64,000 bases of DNA from Mustelus asterias (lineage: Eukaryota): positions 21,328,001-21,392,000 of the forward strand of contig NC_135822.1 of assembly GCF_964213995.1 (NCBI RefSeq), given 5' to 3'. The translations under genes and the position numbers were made by a program. The notes beneath the pieces were generated by a model. The model did not search any database and was not told the origin of the DNA. It saw only the letters and a list, made by a program, of their open reading frames with translations. Below are positions 44,832 to 57,603 of the stretch, in pieces (the stretch's first letter is position 1; every line of letters begins with the position of its first letter).

Positions 44832-47689
44832 CTTTTGCTACCAAATAAACCTGTTGGACTTTAACCTGGTGTTGTTAAACTTCTTACTGTGATTAGAGAT
44901 AGCCATGAGGAAGAATTAATAGACTGTATTCTGGACAGTTTTCTGGAACAATATGTTGTGGGATCCAACCAGGGATCAGGTGTTTTTAGATCTGGAAATG
45001 TGTAATGAGACAGATTTAATAACCAATGAGTAAAAGATCCCCTGGGGAACAGTGACCACTATAACATGGTAGAATTTAGCATTCGCTTTGAGAGTGGGAA
45101 ACTAGGGTCAGAAGCAACAGAGCTAAATTTAAATATGGGTAATTACAAAGGAATCAGAGCAGAGTTGGCTGGAGTGGACTGGAAAAGGAGTTTAGCAAAA
45201 AAGATGGTTGATCAGCAATGGCAGATATGTATGAAACTAGTTAATGACTCACAGCAAAGATATATCCCAGTGGGAAAGAAGGATTCTAGGAAGAGGATAA
45301 ATCAACCATGGTTAACCTAGGAAGTTAATAGTATTAAGATGAAAGAAAAAATATACAATGTGGCAAAGATTAGTGGTAAGCCAGAGGATTGGGAAAATTT
45401 TAAAAACCAACAAAAAATGAACGAAAAAGAGAGAGAAGATAAACTGAGGGTAAACTAGTAAGTAATATAAAAACAGCCAGTAAGAGCTTCTTTAAACATA
45501 AAAAGGAAGACAGGGGTCAAAGTGAACCTTAGGCCCCTTAGAGAATGAGACTGGGGAAATAATATTGAGGAACCAGGAAATGGCAGAGGAGTGAAATAAA
45601 TAGTGTCCATTTTCACAGTAGAATACACTAATAGCATTCCAAAAACACTAAACAATCAAGGGACAAAAGTGGGGTGGGGGAGAATAAATACAATAATAAT
45701 GACTGGAGAAAATGTACGGGGGAAACTAATGGGGCTAAAAGCTGATGAGTTTTCTGGACTTGATGGGTTGCATCCCAGGATAGTAAAGGAACGAGCTGCA
45801 GGGACAGTGGATGCACTGATACTAAACTTCCAAGAATCCTTAAATTCTGGAAAAAATCCCAGAGGATTGGAAAATTCTCAATGTATTACCTTCATTCAAA
45901 AAGGGAAGAAGGCAAACTTGACATCTGTCATTGGGAAAATGTCGGAGAGACCATTATAAAGGATGTAGCAGTAGAGCACTTAGAAATACATAAGAGTCAG
46001 CATGGCTTCATGAAGGGGAAATAATGCCTGACAAATTTATTAGAATTCTTTGAGTTGTTAATGAGGGGAACCAGTAAATGTAATACACTTGGATTTCCAA
46101 AAAACATTCGATAAAAGTACCACACAAAAGGCTACTGAAGAGTCTTTTGGATTGGGGGGTTGTATATTAGCATGAATAAAGTAACTGAAATAAGCAAGAG
46201 ATTTGGGATAAGAGAGGCATTTCAGGATGGCAACTTCTAACGAATGGAGTGCCACAGTGATATGTGCTGGGACCACATTTATTTACAACATATTAATGAC
46301 TTGGATGAGGGAAGTATTATTGTCAAGTTTCTGGATGGTACAAAATTAGCTGGGAAGGCAAGTGGTCAAGATGACAGTCTACAGAAGTATATAGACAGGC
46401 AGGAGCTGCTAATTATGTAAATGGAAAAAGATTGCAGAAAGCTGCAGCTCAGGGATTGGGGGTCCTCGTGTAAGATTAGCATGCAAGTTCAGGTAATAGG
46501 GAAGGCAAATGGAATGTTGGCCTTTATTTCAAAGGGAATGGAGTATAAAAATAGGGATGTCTTGCTAAAACTACACAAGACACTAGTTAGACCACACCTG
46601 GTATACTGCGAACAATTCTGGTTCCCTTATCAAAGGTGAGATGCATTGGAGACGATCCAGAGAAGGTTAACGAGGTTGATCCTAACTATGGAGGGATTTT
46701 CTAATGAGAGGTTGAAGTAGATTGGGCCTGTATTCATTAGAGTTTAGAAAAATGAGAGGCAATCTTATTGAGACATATAGGATTCTCGAGGGGGGTTTGA
46801 CAGGGTAATGCTGAGAGGTTGTTTAACCTTGTGGGAGAGTCTTGAACTAGAGGGCATAATCTCCGAGTAACGATCACCTATTTAAGACAACAATGTGAAG
46901 GCATTTCTTCTCTGGGTGTAGTGAAGAGGGCTGGTGATGGGGTAAAGTGGGAAAGTTGAGGATTATCAGGTTAGTCAGTCCAAAGATGTGCAGGTTAGGT
47001 TGATTGGCCATGCTAAAATTGCCCCTTAGTGACCTGAGATGCGTAGGTTAGAGGGATTAGTGGGTAAAATATGTAGGGATGTGGGAATGGCCTGGGTGGG
47101 ATTGTGGTCGGTGCAGACTCGATGGGCCGAATGGCCTCTTTCTGCACTGTAGGGTTTCTATGATTATTGAAATACAGAGCACTCATTGGGCCAAATAGCC
47201 TACTTCTGCTTTTATGCCTTGTGTTGTACTGTTCCGTTCTGGACATTAACAATATATTGGCCTTGGAGGGGATGTGACAAATTCCCCAGAATGATACAGG
47301 GGCAGAAAGGGTTAAATTATAAGCACGGGTTGCAGAAATTCGGCTTGTATTCTGGGTACAGAAGACTGATGTAACTGAGGTTTAGAAATGATTAAAGGAT
47401 TGATAGGAGGTAATTATTTTCTGTATTGGGAGAGTCCACAACAAGGAGACATAACCTTAAGTTAGAACTAGACTGTTCAGGGAGCACAAAAAGTAGTGAA
47501 AATCTGGAACCTTCTGTGCAAAACGTTGTGGCCGGGGACACTCAATTGAAAAGCTTGCAAAACTGAGATTGATGACTTCCTGTTGGGGAAAGGAACCGAG
47601 ACGCGTAAATGGACTAAAGTTATCCAGATAGGCCATTCATAGCGTCTGTTTCCCCCTGTGTTAGAGTAGCTAGATCCTAGGCCTTTCTC

Positions 47690-47815
47690 TGCTACTGGGG
47701 TAAAGTCTGGCTACCTGGACCGCTTTGAGCGGCGCACCAGTGGGTAACGCGCCTGCGCGGGGCTGCCCGGAATGTTTAGTGTGTTGCACCAGCAAGGCTG
47801 CGGAAGATGGCGCTG
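47690..47815 (+). promoter_or_regulatory. UBR4: UBR4 CpG promoter with NRF1-like GCGCCTGCGC (47749-47758) and ETS/YY1-like CGGAAGATGGCG over the ATG
   Basis: Motifs read directly; CpG-rich island ~47700-48170. Confidence 0.65.
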
Positions 47816-47940
47816 AACTCGGGCCCGGCTCCGGAGCCTGATCCCGACTGGAGTGCTGCCGTGCGTCCGCTCCTTGCCGCCTCCTACTCCACCTTCGAGC
47901 CGCGGGACATCTCTCAGCTCTTCAGCTCGGTCATTAATAG
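47807..47940 (+). CDS. UBR4: E3 ubiquitin ligase UBR4 (p600) exon 1
   Basis: MALNSGPAPEPDPDWSAAVRPLLAASYSTFEPRDISQLFSSVIN matches the recalled WEVAVRPLLSASYSAFE motif; donor gtaaag; synteny with EMC1. Confidence 0.93.
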
Positions 47941-50429
47941 GTAAAGTGGGAGGCCGTGCACAGGCGCGGGGGGTGGGTGCAGGTTGCCCGACAGGGAGGG
48001 CCCGAGCAATGAGCCCCTGAGGCCTGGCCTCGCATCACAGATGCCGGAACGGCCTAGGCACACTGGCTGCGGACTCCGCTCCTGCTGCCAGAGGGATAAC
48101 GGGCGGGAGCCAAGAAATAGGCGCAGAACCTCCGGCCTGGGCGAACAGCCGGGAACTTTCTCGCATCTGAAGCAAAGAGGGGGGGTGGGGCTGTGCTCTA
48201 CACCGCACCCCTTCCCTTTTATTCAAGGTATGATTTGCATTTTTAAAGCGTCTACAATGTAGAAAAAAAATACCTGAGTCACTTCATCTACTTTTAAGTA
48301 GGCAGGAGTCTAGTATCAGGGAGGTGACAACACTAGATTTGAGAAATTGACTTTTCAGGAGGGTGTTGAAGGATGGAAGGGAGTTGAAAAGGTTTAGAGA
48401 AGCAATTCCAGAGCCTGGGACTGAGTTGAAGTCACAGCCTCAGTGGTTGGAGCCAAGGGAGGAAGATTTGCAAGAGGCTGGAGTCAGGAATGGAAAGTTT
48501 GCAAGTGGGCAACTTAGGAACAAGATTGGGCCGTTCACTCCCTCTAGCCTGTTCTGCTATTTAGTTAGATTGGATCTGTCCTATCAAATCCCAATCAGAT
48601 TGCATGCAGGTCAATCTTCAAAACTAAAAACAATAGAAACTAAGTTTGTGTGACCTGTTCTCATGTCCTGGTCTTCTGCTAATTCTGCACTATTTCCCTT
48701 CTAAGATCATCACCTCCTTGAGGTTTGGTGCCTAAAACAACACAGTGTGCCAGATGGTGTCGGTAATAATGAAGCATAGATTCCTTTTTTTTGTATTCCA
48801 GTCCACTTGAGATGAAGGCCAACATTTTGGGAGCCTGATTGATTGATTATTATTTTGTACCTTTTGTGCTAGCTTTTGCTGATCTGTAGTCTAAATACCC
48901 AGGTCCTGTTGCTCCTCCACAGTTCCTGACCTTTCACCACTAGGTAAGTATTCTGAACTGTTCCAGGTGGAAAATGGAAAACCTCTTACTTGCCCACATT
49001 CAACTCCATTATCATTTTTCCTACTTAGTCAGTTCTGTCCCCTTGTATCTTCCTGTTTTCGTCTACATAATTTGCGTTTCCTCATCAGTCATTGATATGC
49101 AGTATATGATGAAATACTGAAACCGAGTAAAGATCGCTGGGGAATTCCAAAAGGTCACATCTGACAGTCAGTATATTCCTTTTACCCCCACTTGATGCAT
49201 CCAATCTCCCAACCTACATTGCCAGATCACCCTGATTCCATAACACTAATTTTTATTATTTAGTCCATTGAAATCTTTTCGGATACAGGGTGGGCTGATT
49301 GGGCAAGGTATGAAATAGTTTAATGCGACTTCATTTAATTTCTTGTACACCCTATCACATTTTCATTATACATCCTTAATTTCATTACCACATTTTAGAG
49401 TTTCTCTCTATTTGGAGCAGCCCCATCACAATGTACACCAACAGTTATACTTTTGAAAATGTTGGGTTTCTGAGCTTTGATTGCTGGGGCTCCCTCCATG
49501 CTGGACTGCCTCATGATATCACTATGATAGCACCATTCAAAACGACAGCCCATCATATTCTGAGAGCCCTGAACATGGCAGACCATACTGTCAACTGAAG
49601 ATCTTCCAGTATGGTTAAAATGTGCTTAAATAATGACTACTGTTCTTGCAGGATATTTTCCAATATAAAATGGATTAAAAAGTACCCCTAAACTGCCCTC
49701 CAGTTTAAAGTTTTGGGAGTATTTTTATCCGTGAATGGAACTGTGCTCCTTCTGGCAAACGAAGACAGCCCAAATGTGTACTGGTGACAGCTGTGATTGC
49801 ATAATCCTGTTTGAAAAATAAGCTACTACTCCTCTGAATACATAAGAGATATAAATAGCGTGAAGCTGGATGGGAATGATGAAGCATTTCATCGTCTCTG
49901 CGTTTGCAATATAATAGGACTCAGGAATTCAGCTCAGTGACTTGCAGTTTAATCACTGTCTACAGATAGGGGACACATTAAAAAGCCCAGAGGTGGTGAG
50001 GATCCTCTGTTCAGATGGTGACAGTAAGCTTATCTAATTGAAAAACATTTTGTTCTGTGGTCTTCTGAGAGAGCCATTTTAGTGGGTGCGGCAACCGAGG
50101 GAAGTTATGCCACTTCATTTGCAATTGCTGTTTACAAGCTTGTTGTTGTGCACTCTGCCAAATACAAGTGTACAAGTGTGCCTCCCTCGGGCAGAACTTG
50201 ATAACTGGTTAGTGCATGATGTTTTGCCAGGCCGTTGTGGTACAGTGAGACATGGAATAAGGGGATTAATTATCCTCACTGATCTGCAGGTTAATTTGAG
50301 GCTGCTTGTGGAACAGACTACCTGTTTTATAAATTCTCAGTGTAAAACAATTTTAAAGAATTCTGCATAGTGATGCTGATGTGGAGTCTGGCACTGACTT
50401 TCTTTATGCTATTGTTCAAATAAAGTTGG

Positions 50430-50820
50430 CACAGTAAACAGCACTTCTGCCTCTGTGTCAGAAGGCCTTGCCAAGAGACCTGTCACACAATACAGGCACA
50501 CATACTGAAGCACTCGGGGAAACTTACACTGCTGGAAGTTCCTTTTTCCAGATGAAACATTAAACCAAGGCCTTGTCTGCCGCCTTGGGTGGATGTAAAA
50601 TATCCAATGGCACTATTTAATGAAATATAGGGGTGTCCTCCCCAGTTCGATATTCCTTAACCAACATTGCAAAAACTACATTTTCTGGTCATATTTCTCA
50701 TTGTTACTTGTGGGAGCTTGCGGCATGCTAATTGGTTCCCAAATTTCCTACATTACAACAGTACCTACTTTGGAGGTGCCTGATTGGTTCGAAAGCGCTT
50801 TGAAACGTGCTAAAAATCGC
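50430..50820 (+). mobile_element. Ancient Deu-domain SINE
   Basis: gatgaaacattaaaccaaggccttgtctg..gtggatgtaaaatatccaatggcactattt core. Confidence 0.65.
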
Positions 50821-53800
50821 TGTTAAGATATCAGTTTCTTACCAGTACATCCAGCAAGGCAGAATTGGACATAGGCATCGTCCTGCTTTTTTGAAATTCG
50901 TTCTTGAAATGCCTATGTCTTTGGCAAGGCCAGTATTTATTGCCTTTGTGCAGGTGATGGTGAACTGCCTTCAAGTGCTAAACACTGCAGTTTAAACTTT
51001 CTGTCTTGGAACCAGGACATCCTCTTGGTCTTTAGTTAACATTGAATGCGTTCTTTGTGACACAGTTCAAAAGTGCAAACCTTTACAGGAGTCTGCCATA
51101 CTTGATCAACTCTGGACACAATTCTTTATGATGAGGCAGACAAGCCTTAAGAATCTTAGACTGCAGTGTTTGTTAGAGCACCACCAAGGATTCAGACAGA
51201 AGCCCCATCTCAAAATGCAGATGTACAAGATCAGTATAGACCAACTGAAACTGCTGACTACCAGAGATGTGGCTGCAGTTACTCTGAATTTAAGCTGTGG
51301 AGGCTTGGGTTCAGTTGAAATTCGAAGAATTAAGATTGCTAGATTTTTGTTGGCTAAGCGTATCAAGATATGGGGTAGTGGCTGGTGTATTAAGTTGAAA
51401 TACATTTCAGTCATGGCCTAGTTTGAATAGAGGAGCAGGCCTGAGGGCCTAAATGGCCTCTTCTGTTAGCAACATGCACTCATTTTAGCAGAAAATGCTA
51501 CACCATACAGATGTGTACCTCAGTTTTTTTCTGCCACCTCTTTAGCCCTTGGGTACTAAGTTTATGATATGCCCAAGAATTTAAAACATTCAGGCAGGAA
51601 AAAAATGAATGATAAAGGCACGCCTGCCGAGACAGCTACAGTTAAAATGGCGACCAGCTCCCCCACACTTTTGACAACTGAAACTTTGAGTGAAGTTCTT
51701 ATCACTGAGCTTGTCAAATCCTGATGAAGTTTGCCTCTGGAGCTGAAAAATTCATTGGAAGCGTTGCTGTGTCCTCTTTGGTCTTCCCTTGACACCATTC
51801 GTTCAGCCGTCGATCCTCACGCCAACACCCTTACTGACACTGAAGCGGCCATCTCGGACCACGGTGACAGGATCTGTACGTTGGAGTCCTAGCTGACTGT
51901 TGTGATTAAGGAGAGCGTGTCGTTGCGAGCCAAAGTCCCCAACAAGCCATTGTAGTACAGTTCCATCGCCACAAAGAGAAGGAACTCATTCTCAGATGGG
52001 CACCATGATGTCACTTAGTAAGGCCATGTAATCAGGATTTACTGTGGCTGACAATGCAGACCTGGCAAGGAGACGAGTAGCATTTAACAACATCAAATCT
52101 ATGCTGGACAAGAAAGGAGTAAGTATTGGATTGATTCACCTTGCCTATCTCCAAATCACATTTAACAGAGAAGATCAATTCTTGACGGGCTTACTATTTG
52201 ATGCCTCAGTGATTTGATGGGAGTAGCAACTGGAAATTAAGCTCTTTCGATAATACTCATTGTTGGTTATATTCAGGGTCACTGTTGGGGTTTTTGAGCT
52301 TAACTTTTGCTAATACAAAGATTCACGACTGCAGTATCCTGGTGAAAGACATTTCTTAATTGGCTAACATACGCTGGGTGAGGAGGGCTGGGCAACCCAA
52401 CACTTCTCTGAAGTTACATCACTTTGGCAATATAATTATACAATTTCCAAAAGTCATTTTACATAGCCACTGGCTCATCCCAGTCGGAAATGAACCAACC
52501 ATCATTGGTACCAGTCAATCATCATTAGTAAATGTCAGGAACCTTAGCCAATTATAGTTATCCTCTGACCGCATGGAATAGTGGTTACAAGTGATTTTTG
52601 ACTGCCTTTCCCATGGCTACTTGTTAAGGTTCCAGACCATCTTATTTGGTTGAAGGCTTTGTCTATTCACTAAGCTGCCTGAGTTTGCTAACTTCGTCCT
52701 TGGCTTAAAATTTATTCATGAATTTTCTATTCATGAGGACTGTCTAAAGTCCATGTCGATAAGAGGTATGCTTCTGTGAGTGTATTGTTATAAAGAAAGT
52801 GGTTCACTTTACTGGACTATTTTCCCATGATGCCTTAGAACTCTGTGCCAATAGACAAGCTGTAACACTTTTCAGAAATACATGTTTAAATTCTTTAACT
52901 GTGGTTGTGTGTGTTTCTATGCAGACATGTAAAATATACGTAAAAGACTGTCTGTGATTCTTATCCTAAGTTAATCCACTCTGTTTTAATAGTCTTTATT
53001 AGTGCCTTAGTCCCAGGATATTTTGAATCTCTCTAACAGTCACTAAGTGTGGACCCACAAACCAGTCTCTTGTCTCGGTCCGTACTCTGGCTATGGGGAA
53101 TGACAGTCGGGTTATTTTTTCGCAACAATTTAATGCTGCATGCCCCCGTTTCTGCATGGTGATCTTGGTTGATTCTTTCAATAATGGTTAAAATATTTGG
53201 CTACTCTGATTCAAGACGAAATATTAGACACAGCTGAGTTTAATTGCTGAGCTTGCCAAGAGGTTGATAAGTTTTGGGTGTTGTTTGGGGTATCATGTAT
53301 TTGAATGCCTGTACTAGCCACTTAATAAGCTCAATGTTAAGGGCATGTTCACTCATTCAAATGCATTTGAGCTCTAACTACCATGTGATTATAATGAGCA
53401 ACTTTTCATTGGTGTGTTACATAATATAGTTTATCTGCCGGGGCGTGTCCACAAACAAGGTTGTTTAGCCAATGGATGATGTGCAAAATTGAACGCCCGC
53501 TGCTCATCTTGGTTATCAAGCTTAGGACTTGATTTATGTTTTATTTCGTTATAGGTTTATTACCACGTTGTTTGGTTTTTGTTCTAGTAGTTTGGAAGAG
53601 TGCCGGTTGTTTTGGGGGTATGTTGATAGTAACGAAAAATCTTTTCGTATTTGGTCATTTTCATTATGTAATGGATCCTCTTGGTTTTGTTTTCTTCCCC
53701 ATTCAAGTTACTGACCCATTTTTAAAGTCATCCCACATGCATGATTAAAGCAGGCGATCAAGGTGGTATGGGACTCTCAATCAGATAGTTACATGGAATG

Positions 53801-56800
53801 TTAGGGGATTGAATGGCCCAGTAAAATGTTCTAAAGTGCCCTCAAGATCCTTAGCACTGATGTTGCTTTTCCTCAGGAGACTGAGGTTCGTGTTAAGGAT
53901 CATACCAGATTGCGCAAAGCATGGATTGGCCAGGTGTTTCATTCTAACAACAGCAAAGCTGGGGGGATGGCAATTCTAATCAACAAAAAAATCCAGCTCT
54001 CCCCCTTAAACATAATCTCAGACACTGGAGGTCACTATACAATAGTTAGTGGCACATTTTTCCAAATCCTGGTAGTTCTGGTGAATGTCTACACCCTTAG
54101 TTGGGACGATACAACCTTTATTACATCGCTTCTATCCACCCGTCCCAACCTAGACACCCACCATCTTATTTTCGGAGGGGATCTAAATTGAGCCTTGGAT
54201 CTAAGGCTGGACTGTTCATGTTCAAAGACTTTTGCCCCTTCTGGTGTATCCAAGGCTCTGTCCACCTTTATGACTTAATTGCGTTGTTTAGACCCTTGGC
54301 GTTTTCTCCACCTGGTCGCAAAAGGACTTCTACTTCTCTCGTGTACACCATGAATACTCAATGTTAGACTCTCAATATTCCATTGCATTCACTCCTGAGT
54401 TATATGTGGACAGGCTAAAGCTTCAGTCTCAATTCTATCTGCTTCCCATAAGTAGAGTTGATTATATGTTGCTACAGTCAAGGGGGACTTTTTATGAATA
54501 CGGGGACAGAGCTGGTTGCTTTCAGGCCCACCAACTCAGGCGCCAGTCTGCTTCTCAGTTTATCTCCCAAGGCTACGACTTCTCACATAATCTTACTACT
54601 GAACTCAATATTAATTTGGCTTTAACCTCTTCCTGTCGGATAGTATAACAATGGCTGACATTCTAAATAATTTGAACATTCCATCTGTGGATGTGGACGT
54701 GAATAGAAACCTGGACAATCCTTTGCATCTGGAGGAGCTAATAAACTGCATGAAGTTAATGCAAAGTGACAAGGCCCTAGGCCTTGCTGGCTTTCCGATC
54801 GACTTTTGAAAAATGTTTGCTGCTCTACTTGCTCCGTTGCTACTAGATATGTTCAATGACTCATTGGGTGGGATTTTATGGCCTCACTTGAGCGAGACTG
54901 GAAATTCCCACCCGGGGTCAATGGACATTTCCCTTATCCGCCCCTCGCCAGCTCTGATTCCATGGCGGGCGAACCTTGTCTTCCTGGTATAATATTGGAA
55001 GATCAAGCTGGTTTTGTAATGAGGTGCCAGCTGTTTTCAAATGTACATCATCTTCTCATCATTATACTTTCCTCAACTTCTTTGGCTAATCCTTTGATCG
55101 GGTTGAATGAGAATATCTGTTTACAATTTTGGGTAAATTTGGTTTTGGTTCAAAATTTATTTCGGGCATTCATCTTCTCTGTACCTCCTCTACGATGATG
55201 GTGTCGAGACTAGCGCGTGATTTGGATTAAAGTGAGGGAGAGTTGCGCAGCGTCAGCCTGATTCTCTCTTCCCAATTCCCATTTGGGTCCAGTGGCAAGA
55301 CCAGAGTCGAGACGGCTGGAGATGGGACTAGGCGCAGTGGGTAACCAGGACACTTACTGTCTTGTCCTGCTCTTCGCGTTCCACGGCGCTTGCAGAGACC
55401 GCCTTCTTGACCGTTAGACCTTCCATTGGTCTCGTCCGCTCAATCGCCGGAGTCTGTCTTATGCTGGGATAGACATCTCCCAATCTCACCGAGGGTTGAG
55501 ACCCATCGGCTACTCTCACCTGGTCTAGCCGGCTTGTCGAAGCCGTTGCCCGGGGTGTGGCCGCTGTCGCATGCAAACAGCTATGGGGAACGACTGGGAA
55601 CGCTTCAGGGATGCTGTCCATTCATCTGCACTGAAGATGCTCGGGCCCTTTATCCGCAAGCAGCATGACTGGTTCGATGAGAACGATGAGGTACAGGCTC
55701 TACTTGTTGAAAAGCACCATCTTCATCGTGCCTGTCAGAACGACCCATCATCAGCTGCCAAGAAAAATGCCTTTACCAGTGCTCGCAGGACAGTCCAGAA
55801 TAAATGCAGGATGCCTGGCTGTGCGCCAAGGCAGATGAAATACAGGAATACGCTGACATAAACGACTTGAAACGGTTCCATGAGGCCCTCAACACTCTCT
55901 ACAGACCTCAATCTCTTGGGAGTTCCCCCCTCCTGAGTACAGATGGTACAACTCTCATTACAGAGAGGGCTCAGATCTTGCAGAGATGGGCTGAACATTT
56001 TGAAGCCGTCCTCAACCGACCGTCATCTATTAACGATGAGGCGATAGACAGGATTCCCCAGGTCGATATCAACAGCGCCATGAATGATCCACTGGTAGTA
56101 GCCGAAGTCACGAAAGCTGTTAGCCAGCTATCTAGTGGCAAAGCCCCAGGGGCAGACACCATACCCACAGAGATCTACAAAGCTGCTGGTCCTGTACTTA
56201 TCGAGAAGCTCACTGAGTTGTTCCAGTCCTTCTGGAAGCAAGGATCCATTCCTCAGGAACTTGAAGATGCTTCCATCGTACACCTCCAGAAGAGGAAGGG
56301 CAATCGGCAAGTATGCGACAACCATCAAGGAATCTCGCTGCTTTCCATCGCAGGAAAAACCCTCGCAAGAGTCCTGCTAAATCTGGTCACTCATCTGGAG
56401 CTGGGCCTGCTTCCAGAGTCACGGTGTGGCTTCCGCAAAGGTCACGGGACTATTGACATGATTTTTGCCGCGTGCCAACTTCAGGAGAAGTGTCAGGAGC
56501 AGAATCGCAAGCTCTACACAATCTTTGTTGACCTCGCGAAAGCCTTCGACACTGTCAGCCGACAAGGCCTGTGGAGATCATGTCAAAGTTCGGCTGCCCC
56601 CCCAAATTCATTCAGATGGTACGCCAGCTCCATGATGGCATGATGGCCAGAGTACTGGACGGTGGAGAATCCTCTGAGGCATTCCCAGTCACCAATGGCG
56701 TCAAACAGGGCTGTGTGCTCGCACCCACACTGTTCAGCATGATGTTTACTGCCATGCTGAATGATGCCTTCCAGAACAGTGTTGCTGGAATCAGCCTTAA

Positions 56801-57011
56801 GTACAGAGTGGATGGGAAGCTCTTCAACCTGAGGAGACTTCAAGCTATTACCAAAGTGAAGGAGACTGTTCTGAGAGACTTCCTCTTTGCCGATGACTGC
56901 GCCCTGGATACTGGCTCAGATGTGGAGATGCCGGCGTTGGACTGGGGTAAGCACAGTAAGAAGTCTCACAACACCAGGTTAAAGTCCAACAGGTTTATTT
57001 GGTAGCAAATA

Positions 57012-57048
57012 CCATAAGCTTTCGGAGCAGAGCTCCTTCGTCAGATGG
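57012..57048 (-). ncRNA. Minimal type-I hammerhead ribozyme motif
   Basis: CCAU CUGACGA A GGAGC ucu GCUCC GAAA GC UU AUGG. Confidence 0.72.
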
Positions 57049-57566
57049 AGTGGATATCTGTTCTCAAACAGTACACAGACACAGAAATCAAATTACAGAA
57101 TACTGATTAGAATGCAAATCTCTACAGCCAGCCAGGTCTTAAATGTACAGACAATGTGGGTGGAGGGAGCATTCAACACAGGTTAAAGAGATGTGTATTG
57201 TCTCCAGACAGAACAGCTTGTGGAATTCTGCAAGTCCAGGAGGTAAGCTGTGGGGGTTACTGATAATGTGACATAAATCCAACAAGCTGTGGGGGTTACT
57301 GATAATGTGACATAAATCCAACATCCCGGTTTAGGCCGTCCTCATGTGTGCGGAACTTGGCTATCAGTTTCTGCTCAGCGACTCTGCGCTGTTGTGTGTC
57401 GTAAAGGCCGCCTTGGAGAACGCTTACCTGAAGATCCAAGGCTGAATGTCCGTGACTGCTGAAGTTACCTCCTGGACTTGCAGAATTCCACAAGCTGTTC
57501 TGTCTGGAGACAACTTCTGTAATTTGATTTCTGTGTCTGTGTACTGTTTGAGAACAGATATCCACT

Positions 57567-57603
57567 CCATCTGACGAAGGAGCTCTGCTCCGAAAGCTTA
57601 TGG
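57567..57603 (+). ncRNA. Minimal type-I hammerhead ribozyme motif (sense in UBR4 intron 1)
   Basis: CCAU CUGACGA A GGAGC ucu GCUCC GAAA GC UU AUGG. Confidence 0.72.

Larger units (their letters stand above)
44047..44889. mobile_element. Fold-back (inverted) Penelope-like element
   Basis: ~355-bp inverted arms 44081-44440 / 44535-44890; GIY-YIG C-terminal peptide AEQRLIAKFRTHEDGLNRDIGFMSHYL; 12-bp duplication tgattagagata. Confidence 0.9.
42000..47240 (+). mobile_element. Near full-length decayed CR1 LINE (ORF1 with SGNH/esterase motif plus ORF2)
   Basis: ORF1 VVVGDSVVK..VVVHVGTND; ORF2 EN/RT remnants through LVRPHLVYCEQFWFPY; interrupted by a G-tract, a PLE (44047-44889) and a SINE (46975-47165). 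Confidence 0.85.

Noticed and set aside
49380-50370. Unassigned segment in UBR4 intron 1 with short ORFs, possible hidden gene
   Set aside because: Stops in the frames I translated, no recognisable motif or splice structure; cannot be supported without a homology search
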